This document shows positions 1 through 9,063 of a stretch of DNA of 64,000 nt, piece after piece; the stretch's first letter is position 1, and every line of letters starts with the position of its first letter. The notes below the pieces were generated by a model. That model saw only the letters and a program-made list of their open reading frames with translations. It was not told the DNA's origin and made no database searches. The position numbers were made by a program, and so were the translations under genes. Source of the DNA: a virus (lineage: Duplodnaviria > Caudoviricetes); IMG/VR virus record IMGVR_UViG_3300029288_007060, positions 32,001-96,000 of that record. The stretch is one strand, 5' to 3'.

Positions 1-86
1 ACAGAATTGGATAAATCCATTGCGAATTGTTTGTTGTGCACCGCATACGATAATATAATTTTGTCTAGATTCAAACTTGTATGCAT
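1..86 (-). CDS. N-terminus of a gene running off the window (possibly replicative helicase)
   Basis: ATG at 86 gives MHTSLNLDKIILSYAVHNKQFAMDLSNS, open to the edge and starting 4 nt after the DnaC-like stop; product guessed from context only. Confidence 0.35.
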   Translation of the reverse strand, partial: MHTSLNLDKIILSYAVHNKQFAMDLSNS

Positions 87-90
87 GTTG

Positions 91-753
91 TTAGCCCTTG
101 CTCTTTCTAAAGTCCGTACCGATAATCGGATATACTGTTAAGTATTGGTTATTTAATGATTCTATGCTCTGAATACATGGCCCATAAAACATGTTGGTGA
201 GCCCGTCTGTTTCGTTGGAACAAATAATCGTAGGCAACATATTGTGTGATCTGTGTCTAAACACATTTTCATATATTCCGCTAAAAAGTTCTTTTACATG
301 GTCACTTATAAAAAAACGCGAGTCTAGCTCGTCTATAACCAAAAAATCTACATTTTTTGATTTCTCTCTAATATCATATTTCGAATTCATTATTTCGTTA
401 AACAAGTCTGCGGCGGTACAATATAACACAGAAAAATTATTTTTGATGGCCCTTTTTAAGATTATGATTGATGCCATAGTCTTGCCTGTTCCCTGCGTTC
501 CTGCAAAACATATAGACTTGCCTTCGTAGTAATTCTTATTTAAATTATCAGCATAATCCTTAACCAAATCTTTGATGGTTGCCGTATTATGAAAATCTTT
601 GAAGTTTAATAGCCAGTATCCAACCGGTATATTTGATGACTCCATAATATCTATATAGCTAAATTTTTTTGTACACTCAATGCATGGGCCAGTACACCCA
701 TGCATTGTGCTAATCTTGCCCTTTATGTATTCTTTTTTCTTTTGATTAATCAT
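91..753 (-). CDS. DnaC/IstB-like AAA+ ATPase (helicase loader)
   Basis: Walker A GTQGTGKT, Walker B FLVIDELD, LPTIICSN, C-terminal GTDFR, N-terminal Cys cluster. Confidence 0.8.
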   Translation of the reverse strand: MINQKKKEYIKGKISTMHGCTGPCIECTKKFSYIDIMESSNIPVGYWLLNFKDFHNTATIKDLVKDYADNLNKNYYEGKSICFAGTQGTGKTMASIIILKRAIKNNFSVLYCTAADLFNEIMNSKYDIREKSKNVDFLVIDELDSRFFISDHVKELFSGIYENVFRHRSHNMLPTIICSNETDGLTNMFYGPCIQSIESLNNQYLTVYPIIGTDFRKSKG

Positions 754-756
754 TCG

Positions 757-1341
757 CTATTCTTTCTTTTTAAAACCCTGAACCCTTGTTATTAGTTCGG
801 ATGGAGACAGTTCTTTTGACATAAAATCATTCATAGAAAATGTATTTTGCGCAGTCTCCACAACTTCATCAGTATTTATATACACTTCTCCTGGATAATA
901 ATCAATAGATTTTTGTGTTCTATTCGTCAATGCGTTCTTTACATCAATGTTGGAAGCCAGTATATTTGCTATAGTGTCATTCCATACAGAGATATCCAAT
1001 GAGGGCGGAAGAAATATAGAAGTTATCTTGTCATTATTTACAAAAATATTTAATATATTGTCATGAGAAAGTTGATTCTTTGGTGGTTGTGGGGTAGGCC
1101 CCAGTGGCTGTTTTTCTTGTCTATTTTCATGCTTGGATATGATTTTATTTTCTAAAGGCAATGATGATATTGTACAATATTTTACATTGTCCCTTGGAAT
1201 AACCCATATATATGTTGTTTCAGAGTTCTGTACGTATAATTCTCCTTCAGTTACTTCTATGAGAATTCCATAAATCGATGACTCGTCTTTATCAGATGAT
1301 TTTAAATGAACTTCTATCATATTACCTATTAGATTTTTCAT
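757..1341 (-). CDS. hypothetical protein with Sm/LSm-like N-terminal domain
   Basis: LIGNMIEVHL...IYGILIEV...LYV...VIPRDNVKY resembles the Sm1/Sm2 pattern. Confidence 0.45.
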   Translation of the reverse strand: MKNLIGNMIEVHLKSSDKDESSIYGILIEVTEGELYVQNSETTYIWVIPRDNVKYCTISSLPLENKIISKHENRQEKQPLGPTPQPPKNQLSHDNILNIFVNNDKITSIFLPPSLDISVWNDTIANILASNIDVKNALTNRTQKSIDYYPGEVYINTDEVVETAQNTFSMNDFMSKELSPSELITRVQGFKKKE

Positions 1342-2067
1342 TTAATTTTCTCCTATATTTAATTTGCCATTTGTTATTAATCCCATTTGAGATGCGACAT
1401 CTAAGACTTTTCTTTCCAGGCCATCATCTTTGATATTTTTATCATAATATTTCACATGATTTAACAAGGCTCCCAAATCATTCATTGTTCCCAGCTCCAT
1501 GGATTTAAAAATGTCTGGAAAATTAGTTTCACAATGCTTTATAAAATTTTCTGGTAGTTTTGAGGCTCTAGTTAAGATATGCTTTTTTGCACAATATATT
1601 TTGTACTTTTGTATAAGCGCGGGAGTTAGAATGTATCCGAAATTAGTAATTGTTGTGCTCTTACTAATTCCTTTGCCAAATATCCAAATTATATATTTTC
1701 TTACATCGTGTATATTATTGTCAAATGCGGCAAGAAGAATCCAAGCATCCCTGCATTCTTTTATACTGTATGGATTTGGACTTTTTGGAATAAATGTATA
1801 GTCGATTTTATAAAATTCTTTATAACAAAAACAAAAAATTCCTAAGATACAACTAACTGTATTCTTAGGATTATTCCAATTTTCTTTTGTTTTATATAAT
1901 TCTAGATATTCCTCATAGAATTTTTTCCATGTTGTGTCTTTATGACCGCAAGTATCGCATATAAAAATTGGGATTATTCCGTCAAAAGACAGATTATATT
2001 TGCCGAGACATTTTGTCCCGAGAACTGTTTGCGCACAGGCACTTGGCTTTTTCCTGGTCTTTTTCAT
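1342..2067 (-). CDS. hypothetical protein with N-terminal Zn-ribbon-like cysteines
   Basis: C..C..CDTC pattern; strong GAGGAG RBS; in replication cluster. Confidence 0.6.
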   Translation of the reverse strand: MKKTRKKPSACAQTVLGTKCLGKYNLSFDGIIPIFICDTCGHKDTTWKKFYEEYLELYKTKENWNNPKNTVSCILGIFCFCYKEFYKIDYTFIPKSPNPYSIKECRDAWILLAAFDNNIHDVRKYIIWIFGKGISKSTTITNFGYILTPALIQKYKIYCAKKHILTRASKLPENFIKHCETNFPDIFKSMELGTMNDLGALLNHVKYYDKNIKDDGLERKVLDVASQMGLITNGKLNIGEN

Positions 2068-2096
2068 CTTTGTCTCCTCAGTTTAAATATTACACT
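2065..2096 (-). promoter_or_regulatory. conserved promoter-RBS element AGTGTA-N10-TGAGGAGACA-N3-ATG, copy 1
   Basis: same words and spacing as at 14413-14444. Confidence 0.55.
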
Positions 2097-2114
2097 TTTG
2101 GGAGATAAAATTAC

Positions 2115-3653
2115 TTACCAAGAAGAACTGTCTGTTGCAATTTTTTTAGATTTAGTTGATTTCTTAGGAATTTCTTTTTCTTTGGGTCTCTCTGGGAGTT
2201 TTATCTTAAACCCAGATTCCGTTCTATATATCTTAATTCTTTCGGCCGTATGATTTAATAAATATTTAGCATTATCGATAAAATCTACTACGATTGCATC
2301 CTTCTTGTTTGGGAATGGTCTAATTACTCTCCCAAGACGCTGTAAGGCCCGACCTGACGATTTTCCTGACCCAGCCAATATCAATGCGTCCAGAATCGGC
2401 AAGTCGATTCCTTGGTCAAATATCACACTTGCTATGATTATTTGTATGTCGCCTTTTATAAAATCTTTACGAATCCTATTTCGTTCGGAAGACTCTACAT
2501 CTCCTTTGGCAAAATAAGTTACATACTTATCCTCCAATTGTTCTAATAATATATCGCCATGCTTTATATTTTTAACAAGAATTAATACTTTTCTTCCGGC
2601 ATCAACCAACTTAATAGCCGATTTAATAATTTTGTCGTTTCTAACTTCATTTTCTACTATGTATTCTTTATATATAGATTGGTATTGGTCTGAAATATTG
2701 TCTTTTTTAGGAACATCAACAAAATAAATTGTGGGTGCCACTAAATAATTGTCTTTTATAAGCTCTGATGCTGTTATTTCTATTATAGTTTTCCCACAAA
2801 CAGATTCTAATAATAAGTCGGCGTTATCATCTCTCCAGGGGGTGCCAGAAAACCCATATTTGTATCTGGCCGAGCAACTTGTATTGTTTATCAGTTGTAA
2901 TGTATCTGTGGCAAGCATATGACACTCATCAAATATTGCCAACTCTGCCTCTTTAATTGCCTTTACTATTCTGTTTTTATTAATAGACTTTACGTCTTCT
3001 TTTCTAGAATAATCCTCGTCGTCCATGGGAACATACTTTTTCCCCAATACGGCAGATGCTGTCCACACGGTGCATATATTGATTCGCTTCACATCTGCTT
3101 GCCCGTCACCAATAATTCCAATTTTCATTTTTAAAACTTTTTCAAACATCTCGTGCATTTGATACAGAAGATCTATACCAGTAACATAAATCATAGTTTT
3201 GACATTCATATTGGCTATAAGTTGGGCTATCATAACAGACTTCCCTGAGCCCGTGGCCGCTTGGATTATTCCACCTTTTTCACGAAGAGCAACTTCTAAA
3301 ACTCTTGTTTGATATTCTCTTATTTCGATATTTTGTATGACTATCGGGTCATTAAATAGAATCTGTTTCCTATTGTCTATTTCCTCAAAAGCCACGCCTT
3401 CATTTTTTAGAATAATTTTGACTTTATTTAATAGCCCTGTATGAAATTTTAATTTATCTGTAAGAAGATGGCGCTTGCCATCCCAACGATTCCATTTTCC
3501 TGCTTTGTTGTCCCACCACCCCTTACGAAATGCTTTAGTATATTCGTGACCCAACACCCAATAACTTAATATTGAGTCTAGGTGTTTAATGATATCGACA
3601 TTGTCAATATCAGCAATCTGACAAAAAACATTATCAATTATTATTTTAATCAT
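2115..3653 (-). CDS. uvsW: UvsW-like superfamily 2 DNA helicase
   Basis: AATGSGKS, DECH, GFSGTP, QRLGRVIR, DFID motifs; ATG at 3653 avoids overlap with the upstream ORF (track start 3704). Confidence 0.85.
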   Translation of the reverse strand: MIKIIIDNVFCQIADIDNVDIIKHLDSILSYWVLGHEYTKAFRKGWWDNKAGKWNRWDGKRHLLTDKLKFHTGLLNKVKIILKNEGVAFEEIDNRKQILFNDPIVIQNIEIREYQTRVLEVALREKGGIIQAATGSGKSVMIAQLIANMNVKTMIYVTGIDLLYQMHEMFEKVLKMKIGIIGDGQADVKRINICTVWTASAVLGKKYVPMDDEDYSRKEDVKSINKNRIVKAIKEAELAIFDECHMLATDTLQLINNTSCSARYKYGFSGTPWRDDNADLLLESVCGKTIIEITASELIKDNYLVAPTIYFVDVPKKDNISDQYQSIYKEYIVENEVRNDKIIKSAIKLVDAGRKVLILVKNIKHGDILLEQLEDKYVTYFAKGDVESSERNRIRKDFIKGDIQIIIASVIFDQGIDLPILDALILAGSGKSSGRALQRLGRVIRPFPNKKDAIVVDFIDNAKYLLNHTAERIKIYRTESGFKIKLPERPKEKEIPKKSTKSKKIATDSSSW

Positions 3654-3657
3654 ATAA

Positions 3658-3918
3658 TTATTTATTGAGTATATTTTTAAGCCTTGGTTTTCTCCTAACA
3701 TCACGGGGGCTTATTGGGTCCATTTCTACAAATTCATCTGCTTCGATATCATCTTCGCGGGTCCTATCTGTGTCTTTTCTATTTCCCCAAAGCGCTGATT
3801 CTAATTTATGTGCCAATTTTGTGATGCTGCTACCACACCCAAAACCATTTGCTCTCGCGTGAGATGTCTGATACGATAATATTTTAAACTTAATTGCACT
3901 AATGAATTTTTCTAGCAT
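3658..3918 (-). CDS. small hypothetical protein
   Basis: 86 aa ORF packed between tubulin-like and helicase genes. Confidence 0.55.
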   Translation of the reverse strand: MLEKFISAIKFKILSYQTSHARANGFGCGSSITKLAHKLESALWGNRKDTDRTREDDIEADEFVEMDPISPRDVRRKPRLKNILNK

Positions 3919-3919
3919 A

Positions 3920-5320
3920 TTACTTTCTCCTCTTGTCTACAATTCGCTTTGTTAATTTTCCCATGGCCGAATTTTTACTAGTAATTTTCTTATACAATGC
4001 ATCAGTAGCACTAGTTGTTTGCGTCTTTCCCATGTCTATATTCATTGAGGTGGCACGACCATCTTCTTTGGTTTTTAATGCCTCCATATGTTTGTCTGAT
4101 TCTTCTTTTAACTCAGATATACGTGCTTCTGGCAGACCCAACCCACTGAAGAAACTATACACTCTCAACACATCATCATTCCCAGAAACCTCGTATACTC
4201 CTCTAAACACTCTAACAGAATCATTACACAATTTACTTATCATACTGAATCCGTATTCAATATTCGTTGCTGGAACCTTTTGTAATACCTTCTTTGTTCC
4301 CGTAACAATAACCCCTGCCGACCGCGTTTGTGATAAGTCAAAATCACCTGATAAGAGACCGCTTTCTAGCGTAGTAATCATTGCTTCCGCTATCGCAGAA
4401 TCTTCCATATAGTTTGTTAGTTCCATCATACCATAAAGAGCACAGTCTCCAGTTCCTATAAATAATTTCGAAAAATCCATAGGATCCAATGAGGTATATT
4501 GTGATGGATTAACGGAAAGTTGATTAAACAAGTGCAGTGGTTCTACTATAGATTTGTTGGCAACCTTCCAAAATTCGCTCATCGAGAGCCCGGAAAACAT
4601 AAGCTCTATCTTGGCGTTATCCACAACAATTAGCGAATTGATAACATCGTTCTTGGCTAATTGCGCCAACTTTGAAAGAGTTTGTATAGCATTATGCTTG
4701 GCTAACGCATCTTCACTGGCCATAGGAAGAACATATAAAACCGAAAGAGGCTTGCCCATTTGAGACATTAAATTTACCATAGTTTCTGCAGAACCACTAC
4801 CGGTGCCACCACCACCGGCAATCGCTAACATCAAGATTGTGCTATCTGAAAAATTATCATTCAGAACGCCTTCTATGGTTTTTGAATATTCTTCCGCTGC
4901 GGCCCTTCCAGTTTCCAAATCTTTCGCCGCGCCACCCAATGCATAATCTAAAAATAATTTTTGTTTTTCCGGTATATTTATACATTTTAAATCCTGCACA
5001 GCTGTATTAACGGCCAAAACATTATATCCTCTAGCATAAAACTCTTCAGCAATCTTGGACCCGCATTGTCCTACGCCAACAACCCCAATATTCACGCTTC
5101 TGTCTGCCTGTTCTACTAATTCAATCATCTCTTCCTCCATCTTGGATTTTTTAACCCTGATTTTCTTCTCCTTAAGTAATTTTTCGAATTCTTCGTTTTT
5201 CTTTGTGATTTCTTCGTTCGTATTTATATTTGTTGCGTCACCATTATTATCTATCACCACAACTTTGTTAGTATTTTCTTCCATATTATTCTCCATTATG
5301 TTTTTTAAAAAATGATTCAA
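3920..5320 (-). CDS. tubulin/FtsZ-family GTPase (PhuZ/TubZ/CetZ-like)
   Basis: GVGQCG, AVNT, GGAAKD, signature GGGTGSG, VVDN, T7-like LDPMDF; true start probably 5284 (MEENTNK). Confidence 0.9.
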   Translation of the reverse strand: MNHFLKNIMENNMEENTNKVVVIDNNGDATNINTNEEITKKNEEFEKLLKEKKIRVKKSKMEEEMIELVEQADRSVNIGVVGVGQCGSKIAEEFYARGYNVLAVNTAVQDLKCINIPEKQKLFLDYALGGAAKDLETGRAAAEEYSKTIEGVLNDNFSDSTILMLAIAGGGGTGSGSAETMVNLMSQMGKPLSVLYVLPMASEDALAKHNAIQTLSKLAQLAKNDVINSLIVVDNAKIELMFSGLSMSEFWKVANKSIVEPLHLFNQLSVNPSQYTSLDPMDFSKLFIGTGDCALYGMMELTNYMEDSAIAEAMITTLESGLLSGDFDLSQTRSAGVIVTGTKKVLQKVPATNIEYGFSMISKLCNDSVRVFRGVYEVSGNDDVLRVYSFFSGLGLPEARISELKEESDKHMEALKTKEDGRATSMNIDMGKTQTTSATDALYKKITSKNSAMGKLTKRIVDKRRK

Positions 5321-6026
5321 ATTTCTCTACATTCATTGATATATCGGATGGCAGTATGACATTTTTTATCTCATTTTTTGACATCGGCTGAACATTTTCG
5401 TTCCTACGCTTTGCCAGCTCAAAAATAGATTTTCGCTTTGTGCCTACATTATACACTCCAAAAGCATCATTTTTTATAAGAAAGCTTATTTTTCTTGCAA
5501 TAATATCAATATAATCTGCCGAAGTATATATATCTGAAAAAGCCTTTTGGTATTGCCAAACAGATGGCTTAAAACTTGTTCTAATAATCAAATCCTTTGT
5601 TCCAATGTATGCTTCCCCAGCAAGTTTCGTAAATGAATAAAAATTAACCGGACATGTAATATCTGTCTCTTTATAATTTCCCGCCTTTCCCTCATAAACG
5701 TAATCTGTGGAAATGTAAGTTATAGACGCACTACAGTCGCACATTTCGCTAATAATATTTTTAGTGCCAATAATATTGGTCTCTATTGCTTGTTTTTTAT
5801 TTATTTCTGCCCCGGCAACATTGGTGTAGGCCGCACAATGTATTATTTTTTGTATATCACGCAACTCATTTGCATGCTTACAACAATACTCAACTATAGA
5901 ATGAGTATCGCTTATATTACACTCAACCCTGCCAGCCATTGGAAAATACTCAATACCGAATTCTTCGCCAACTTTTTGGAGTTCTTTGCCTAAATTTCCA
6001 CTGGCTCCTGTTAACAAACACTTCAT
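5286..6026 (-). CDS. rmlD: dTDP-4-dehydrorhamnose reductase-like SDR
   Basis: LTGASGNLG, HCAAYTNV, YISTDYVY, YSFTKLAGE; ATG at 6026 overlaps the rmlB TGA. Confidence 0.85.
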   Translation of the reverse strand: MKCLLTGASGNLGKELQKVGEEFGIEYFPMAGRVECNISDTHSIVEYCCKHANELRDIQKIIHCAAYTNVAGAEINKKQAIETNIIGTKNIISEMCDCSASITYISTDYVYEGKAGNYKETDITCPVNFYSFTKLAGEAYIGTKDLIIRTSFKPSVWQYQKAFSDIYTSADYIDIIARKISFLIKNDAFGVYNVGTKRKSIFELAKRRNENVQPMSKNEIKNVILPSDISMNVEKFESFFKKHNGE

Positions 6027-6973
6027 TTTTTTATAAACCAACTGCCATTGGAACGATACCACATTATTGTATGAGCGATAGCATCTTCAAAACTATATTG
6101 CGGCTTCCAATCTAAATTTTTTAATTTTGTGCAATCAACCGAATATCTTGTGTCATGTCCTGGCCTATCTTTAACATATTCAATAAAACTTTCGTCGGCG
6201 TTCATTATAGTCAATATAGTCTTCAATACCTCTATGTTTTCTTTTTCTGCCCCCGAGCTAATATTATAGGCCTCCCCGGGTATTCCTTTTTCAATAATAG
6301 ATTGCAACGCCCTAAAATGGTCTTTTACATATATCCACTCTCTTTTATTCTTACCATCTCCATATAGCGGTATTTTTTCCCCTTTCATTATATTTGCGAT
6401 AGCTTTTGGAATGAATTTTTCTATATGTTGCCTTGGGCCATAATTATTACTACACCTTGTGGTTATAACTGGAAGACCATAGGTTGTGAAATATGACTGT
6501 CCTAACAAGTCTGCTGAAGCCTTAGTGCTTGAATAAGGACTTCTTGGCTTTATTTGATCATTTTCTTTGGAATGTCCTGCCTCAACACTTCCATATATCT
6601 CATCAGTACTAATGTTAATAAACTTCTGTGGCGTATGCGCTTTAAGTGCAGCCTCTAACATGCTATGCGTTCCGACAACATTGGTGTTTACAAAGACTTT
6701 TGATCCTAAGATAGAATTATCTACGTGGCTCTCTGCCGCTGCGTGTATAACTATATCTGGCTTTTCTATTTCGAATATTTTTTTAACCAAATCATAGTCA
6801 CACACATCTCCAATGTATAACTTATGTCTCTTAACCTGCGGAACATTCAATAATGACCCCGCATATGTCAATTTGTCGATACTCACTATTTCATCTGTAG
6901 TGTGTTGCAGAAAATACAACACAACATTTGAAAAAATAAATCCGCAAGAGCCGCTTATAAGAATTTTGCTCAT
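6023..6973 (-). CDS. rmlB: dTDP-glucose 4,6-dehydratase
   Basis: DKLTYAG, AAESHVD, ISTDEIYG, SPYSSTKAS, SNNYGPRQ, DRPGHDTRY. Confidence 0.95.
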   Translation of the reverse strand: MSKILISGSCGFIFSNVVLYFLQHTTDEIVSIDKLTYAGSLLNVPQVKRHKLYIGDVCDYDLVKKIFEIEKPDIVIHAAAESHVDNSILGSKVFVNTNVVGTHSMLEAALKAHTPQKFINISTDEIYGSVEAGHSKENDQIKPRSPYSSTKASADLLGQSYFTTYGLPVITTRCSNNYGPRQHIEKFIPKAIANIMKGEKIPLYGDGKNKREWIYVKDHFRALQSIIEKGIPGEAYNISSGAEKENIEVLKTILTIMNADESFIEYVKDRPGHDTRYSVDCTKLKNLDWKPQYSFEDAIAHTIMWYRSNGSWFIKK

Positions 6974-7188
6974 GTCTTATCCCTTATAATGTATTTTTTA
7001 ACCCATTCAAGATATTTGGGCATTTTTAATGGCGGTAACTGCTCTTTTATATTTTCGGGCATATCTGTGCCATTCGCTAAATTTAGCAAATCATTATACT
7101 TATTATAATACACCATTATTTTACGAAGATTGATAAATTTCTTCTCTTTTAATAAAAGGAGGTATAAATATTTGGGCTCTCTACGCAT
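6970..7188 (-). CDS. small hypothetical protein
   Basis: 72 aa ORF translationally coupled on both sides (TAATG, ATGA). Confidence 0.55.
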   Translation of the reverse strand: MRREPKYLYLLLLKEKKFINLRKIMVYYNKYNDLLNLANGTDMPENIKEQLPPLKMPKYLEWVKKYIIRDKT

Positions 7189-8177
7189 TATTTTTCGTCG
7201 AAAATTATCGAAACAAAATTTTCTATTTCATCTTTTGATACTTTGGCAATCTTTGCTCCATGCAGAGCTGCTTCACAATATCTCTGGATAGATGAGCCAC
7301 AATCTGCCCAATATCCCTCTACGCTCTTATTGATAAGAGAATTATTCTTTGCGTAATGGTTGTTAACTGCACTGATTTCCAATTCTCCTCTATCACTGGG
7401 TTTTATTTTATCTATTACACCAAATACATCGTTGGTATAAAGATATAGTCCCACCACGGCCATATCGCCTATGTGTTCTTTTGGTTTTTCTATTACTTCT
7501 GTGACTTTTCCATCTGAACTCATTACTGCTACGCCGTAATCTTCTGGGTTATTTACTTTTTTTGTAAAGATACAGGCTTTATTATCTCCCATATCTAAAC
7601 CCTTATCTATTTGCTCATAATCAAAGATGTTATCTCCGAGTATAGTAACTATTGTATCATCTGGGCGAACAAAATCCTTTGCTAAATATAGAGCCTCAGA
7701 AATTCCCCCACTTCCTTCCTGAATTTTATATGATATATCCAGCCCCCACTCTTTTCCACTACCCAGCATATTGATAATGTCTTTAGCCCCATCTCTATCA
7801 ACTATGGCCAGAACCCTATAAACTCCAAATGCGCGCAATGTTTTTAGTGGATAAAAAATCATTGGGACTATTCCAATCGGCAACTCATGTTTGTTGTGAA
7901 ATTTGGTCAACGGAAACAACCTTGTTGCGCGACCACCACACAACAAAACTCCTGCATTCTTATTGTGTATATTTTTCCTACTAATTTCAGATAATTCTGA
8001 ACAACGTCCACATGTTGTTATCAAATTAGACAAATTCCAGGCCAGGCGGCCCTTTCTTTTTGTTAATTGATGTACAAATAAATTTTGTGATGTTCCACAA
8101 TGCCTACATTTATTAGCGTCGCGCTCAATACATAATTTTTTTGCATCTTGAATATATCCCATTTTATTTCTCCACAA
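7188..8177 (-). CDS. rmlA: glucose-1-phosphate thymidylyltransferase with N-terminal HNH-like Zn domain
   Basis: LCGGRATRLFPLT, NKHELP, LGDNIF, EKPK, PSDRGELEIS; N-terminal RD..CRHC...H...NL...CGRC; probable start 8163. Confidence 0.9.
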   Translation of the reverse strand: MWRNKMGYIQDAKKLCIERDANKCRHCGTSQNLFVHQLTKRKGRLAWNLSNLITTCGRCSELSEISRKNIHNKNAGVLLCGGRATRLFPLTKFHNKHELPIGIVPMIFYPLKTLRAFGVYRVLAIVDRDGAKDIINMLGSGKEWGLDISYKIQEGSGGISEALYLAKDFVRPDDTIVTILGDNIFDYEQIDKGLDMGDNKACIFTKKVNNPEDYGVAVMSSDGKVTEVIEKPKEHIGDMAVVGLYLYTNDVFGVIDKIKPSDRGELEISAVNNHYAKNNSLINKSVEGYWADCGSSIQRYCEAALHGAKIAKVSKDEIENFVSIIFDEK

Positions 8178-8481
8178 TTATTATGTCGTCTTCTATCTTA
8201 GTTCCTACTTCCAATATGGTTACATCACCCTTAAGAGCTGTTAATCTATGCATAATTTTAGGAGCAATGTGATATTTGTCTCCCTCGTTTAGTGTCTTAT
8301 TCTTTCCTTCTACGGATATCATTAAAGTTCCTTGAAGCACAAATATCGTCTGATCCATAATTTTATGATACATGTATGGGGTTTTTTCATTCTCCATTAT
8401 CACTATCATATGTGCAGAATACTTAGACGTGCTGGCCCAGCACAACTCAAATCCGTATGATTTTTTAATATAGTCCGGCAT
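8164..8481 (-). CDS. cupin-domain protein (sugar isomerase-like)
   Basis: YMYH...IFVLQG...EGDKYHIAPKIMHRL. Confidence 0.75.
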   Translation of the reverse strand: MPDYIKKSYGFELCWASTSKYSAHMIVIMENEKTPYMYHKIMDQTIFVLQGTLMISVEGKNKTLNEGDKYHIAPKIMHRLTALKGDVTILEVGTKIEDDIIIVEK

Positions 8482-8490
8482 CTTTATCTC

Positions 8491-9063
8491 CTATATTCCT
8501 TGGCGCAACATGCTGGCCAATATAAAAGCGTGTCCTAAACTTCTTTCAGAACAATTTAACACATCAGAAAATGACATTCCTAATTTTTCATTATCGTAAG
8601 CGTCAAAATCCCACAAGTATATTACGTCTTCTTTATTGTATAACTCTTTTAATTTTTTGTAAGCCATTGAGCACTTAACCGCCTTGAAATACAATGGAAT
8701 ATATATTGTTTTTCGGGCATCAATATATCCTAACTTCTTTCCATCCCATAGAGAATATTCTGGTATTGATCCTTTGCCCATTGGATATCTTATAGCCTTA
8801 GGATTATTCCAACCTTTAATAGCCCAATCCCAATACGATTTTGTTGGCTCACCATTTATATCTGTATGACATTTGTAAACCTTACAATACTGATATGCAT
8901 TCTCTACTGTCTTGGAAACATATCCTTCGTATAATCTGCATGGCCCTAAAAAGAAAGGGCTTAGTCCTTTGCTCCACCCACTTGCTCTAGAAACAACATA
9001 TACAAGAAGAGCATTGTTTGGTAATTTATCTTTATCTTTCGGGCCTATGACTTTGACTTGCAT
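8491..9063 (-). CDS. DUF6939/NADAR-like protein
   Basis: LSPFFLGP, VENAYQYCKV, ARKTIYIPLY, GHAFILA pattern. Confidence 0.5.
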   Translation of the reverse strand: MQVKVIGPKDKDKLPNNALLVYVVSRASGWSKGLSPFFLGPCRLYEGYVSKTVENAYQYCKVYKCHTDINGEPTKSYWDWAIKGWNNPKAIRYPMGKGSIPEYSLWDGKKLGYIDARKTIYIPLYFKAVKCSMAYKKLKELYNKEDVIYLWDFDAYDNEKLGMSFSDVLNCSERSLGHAFILASMLRQGI

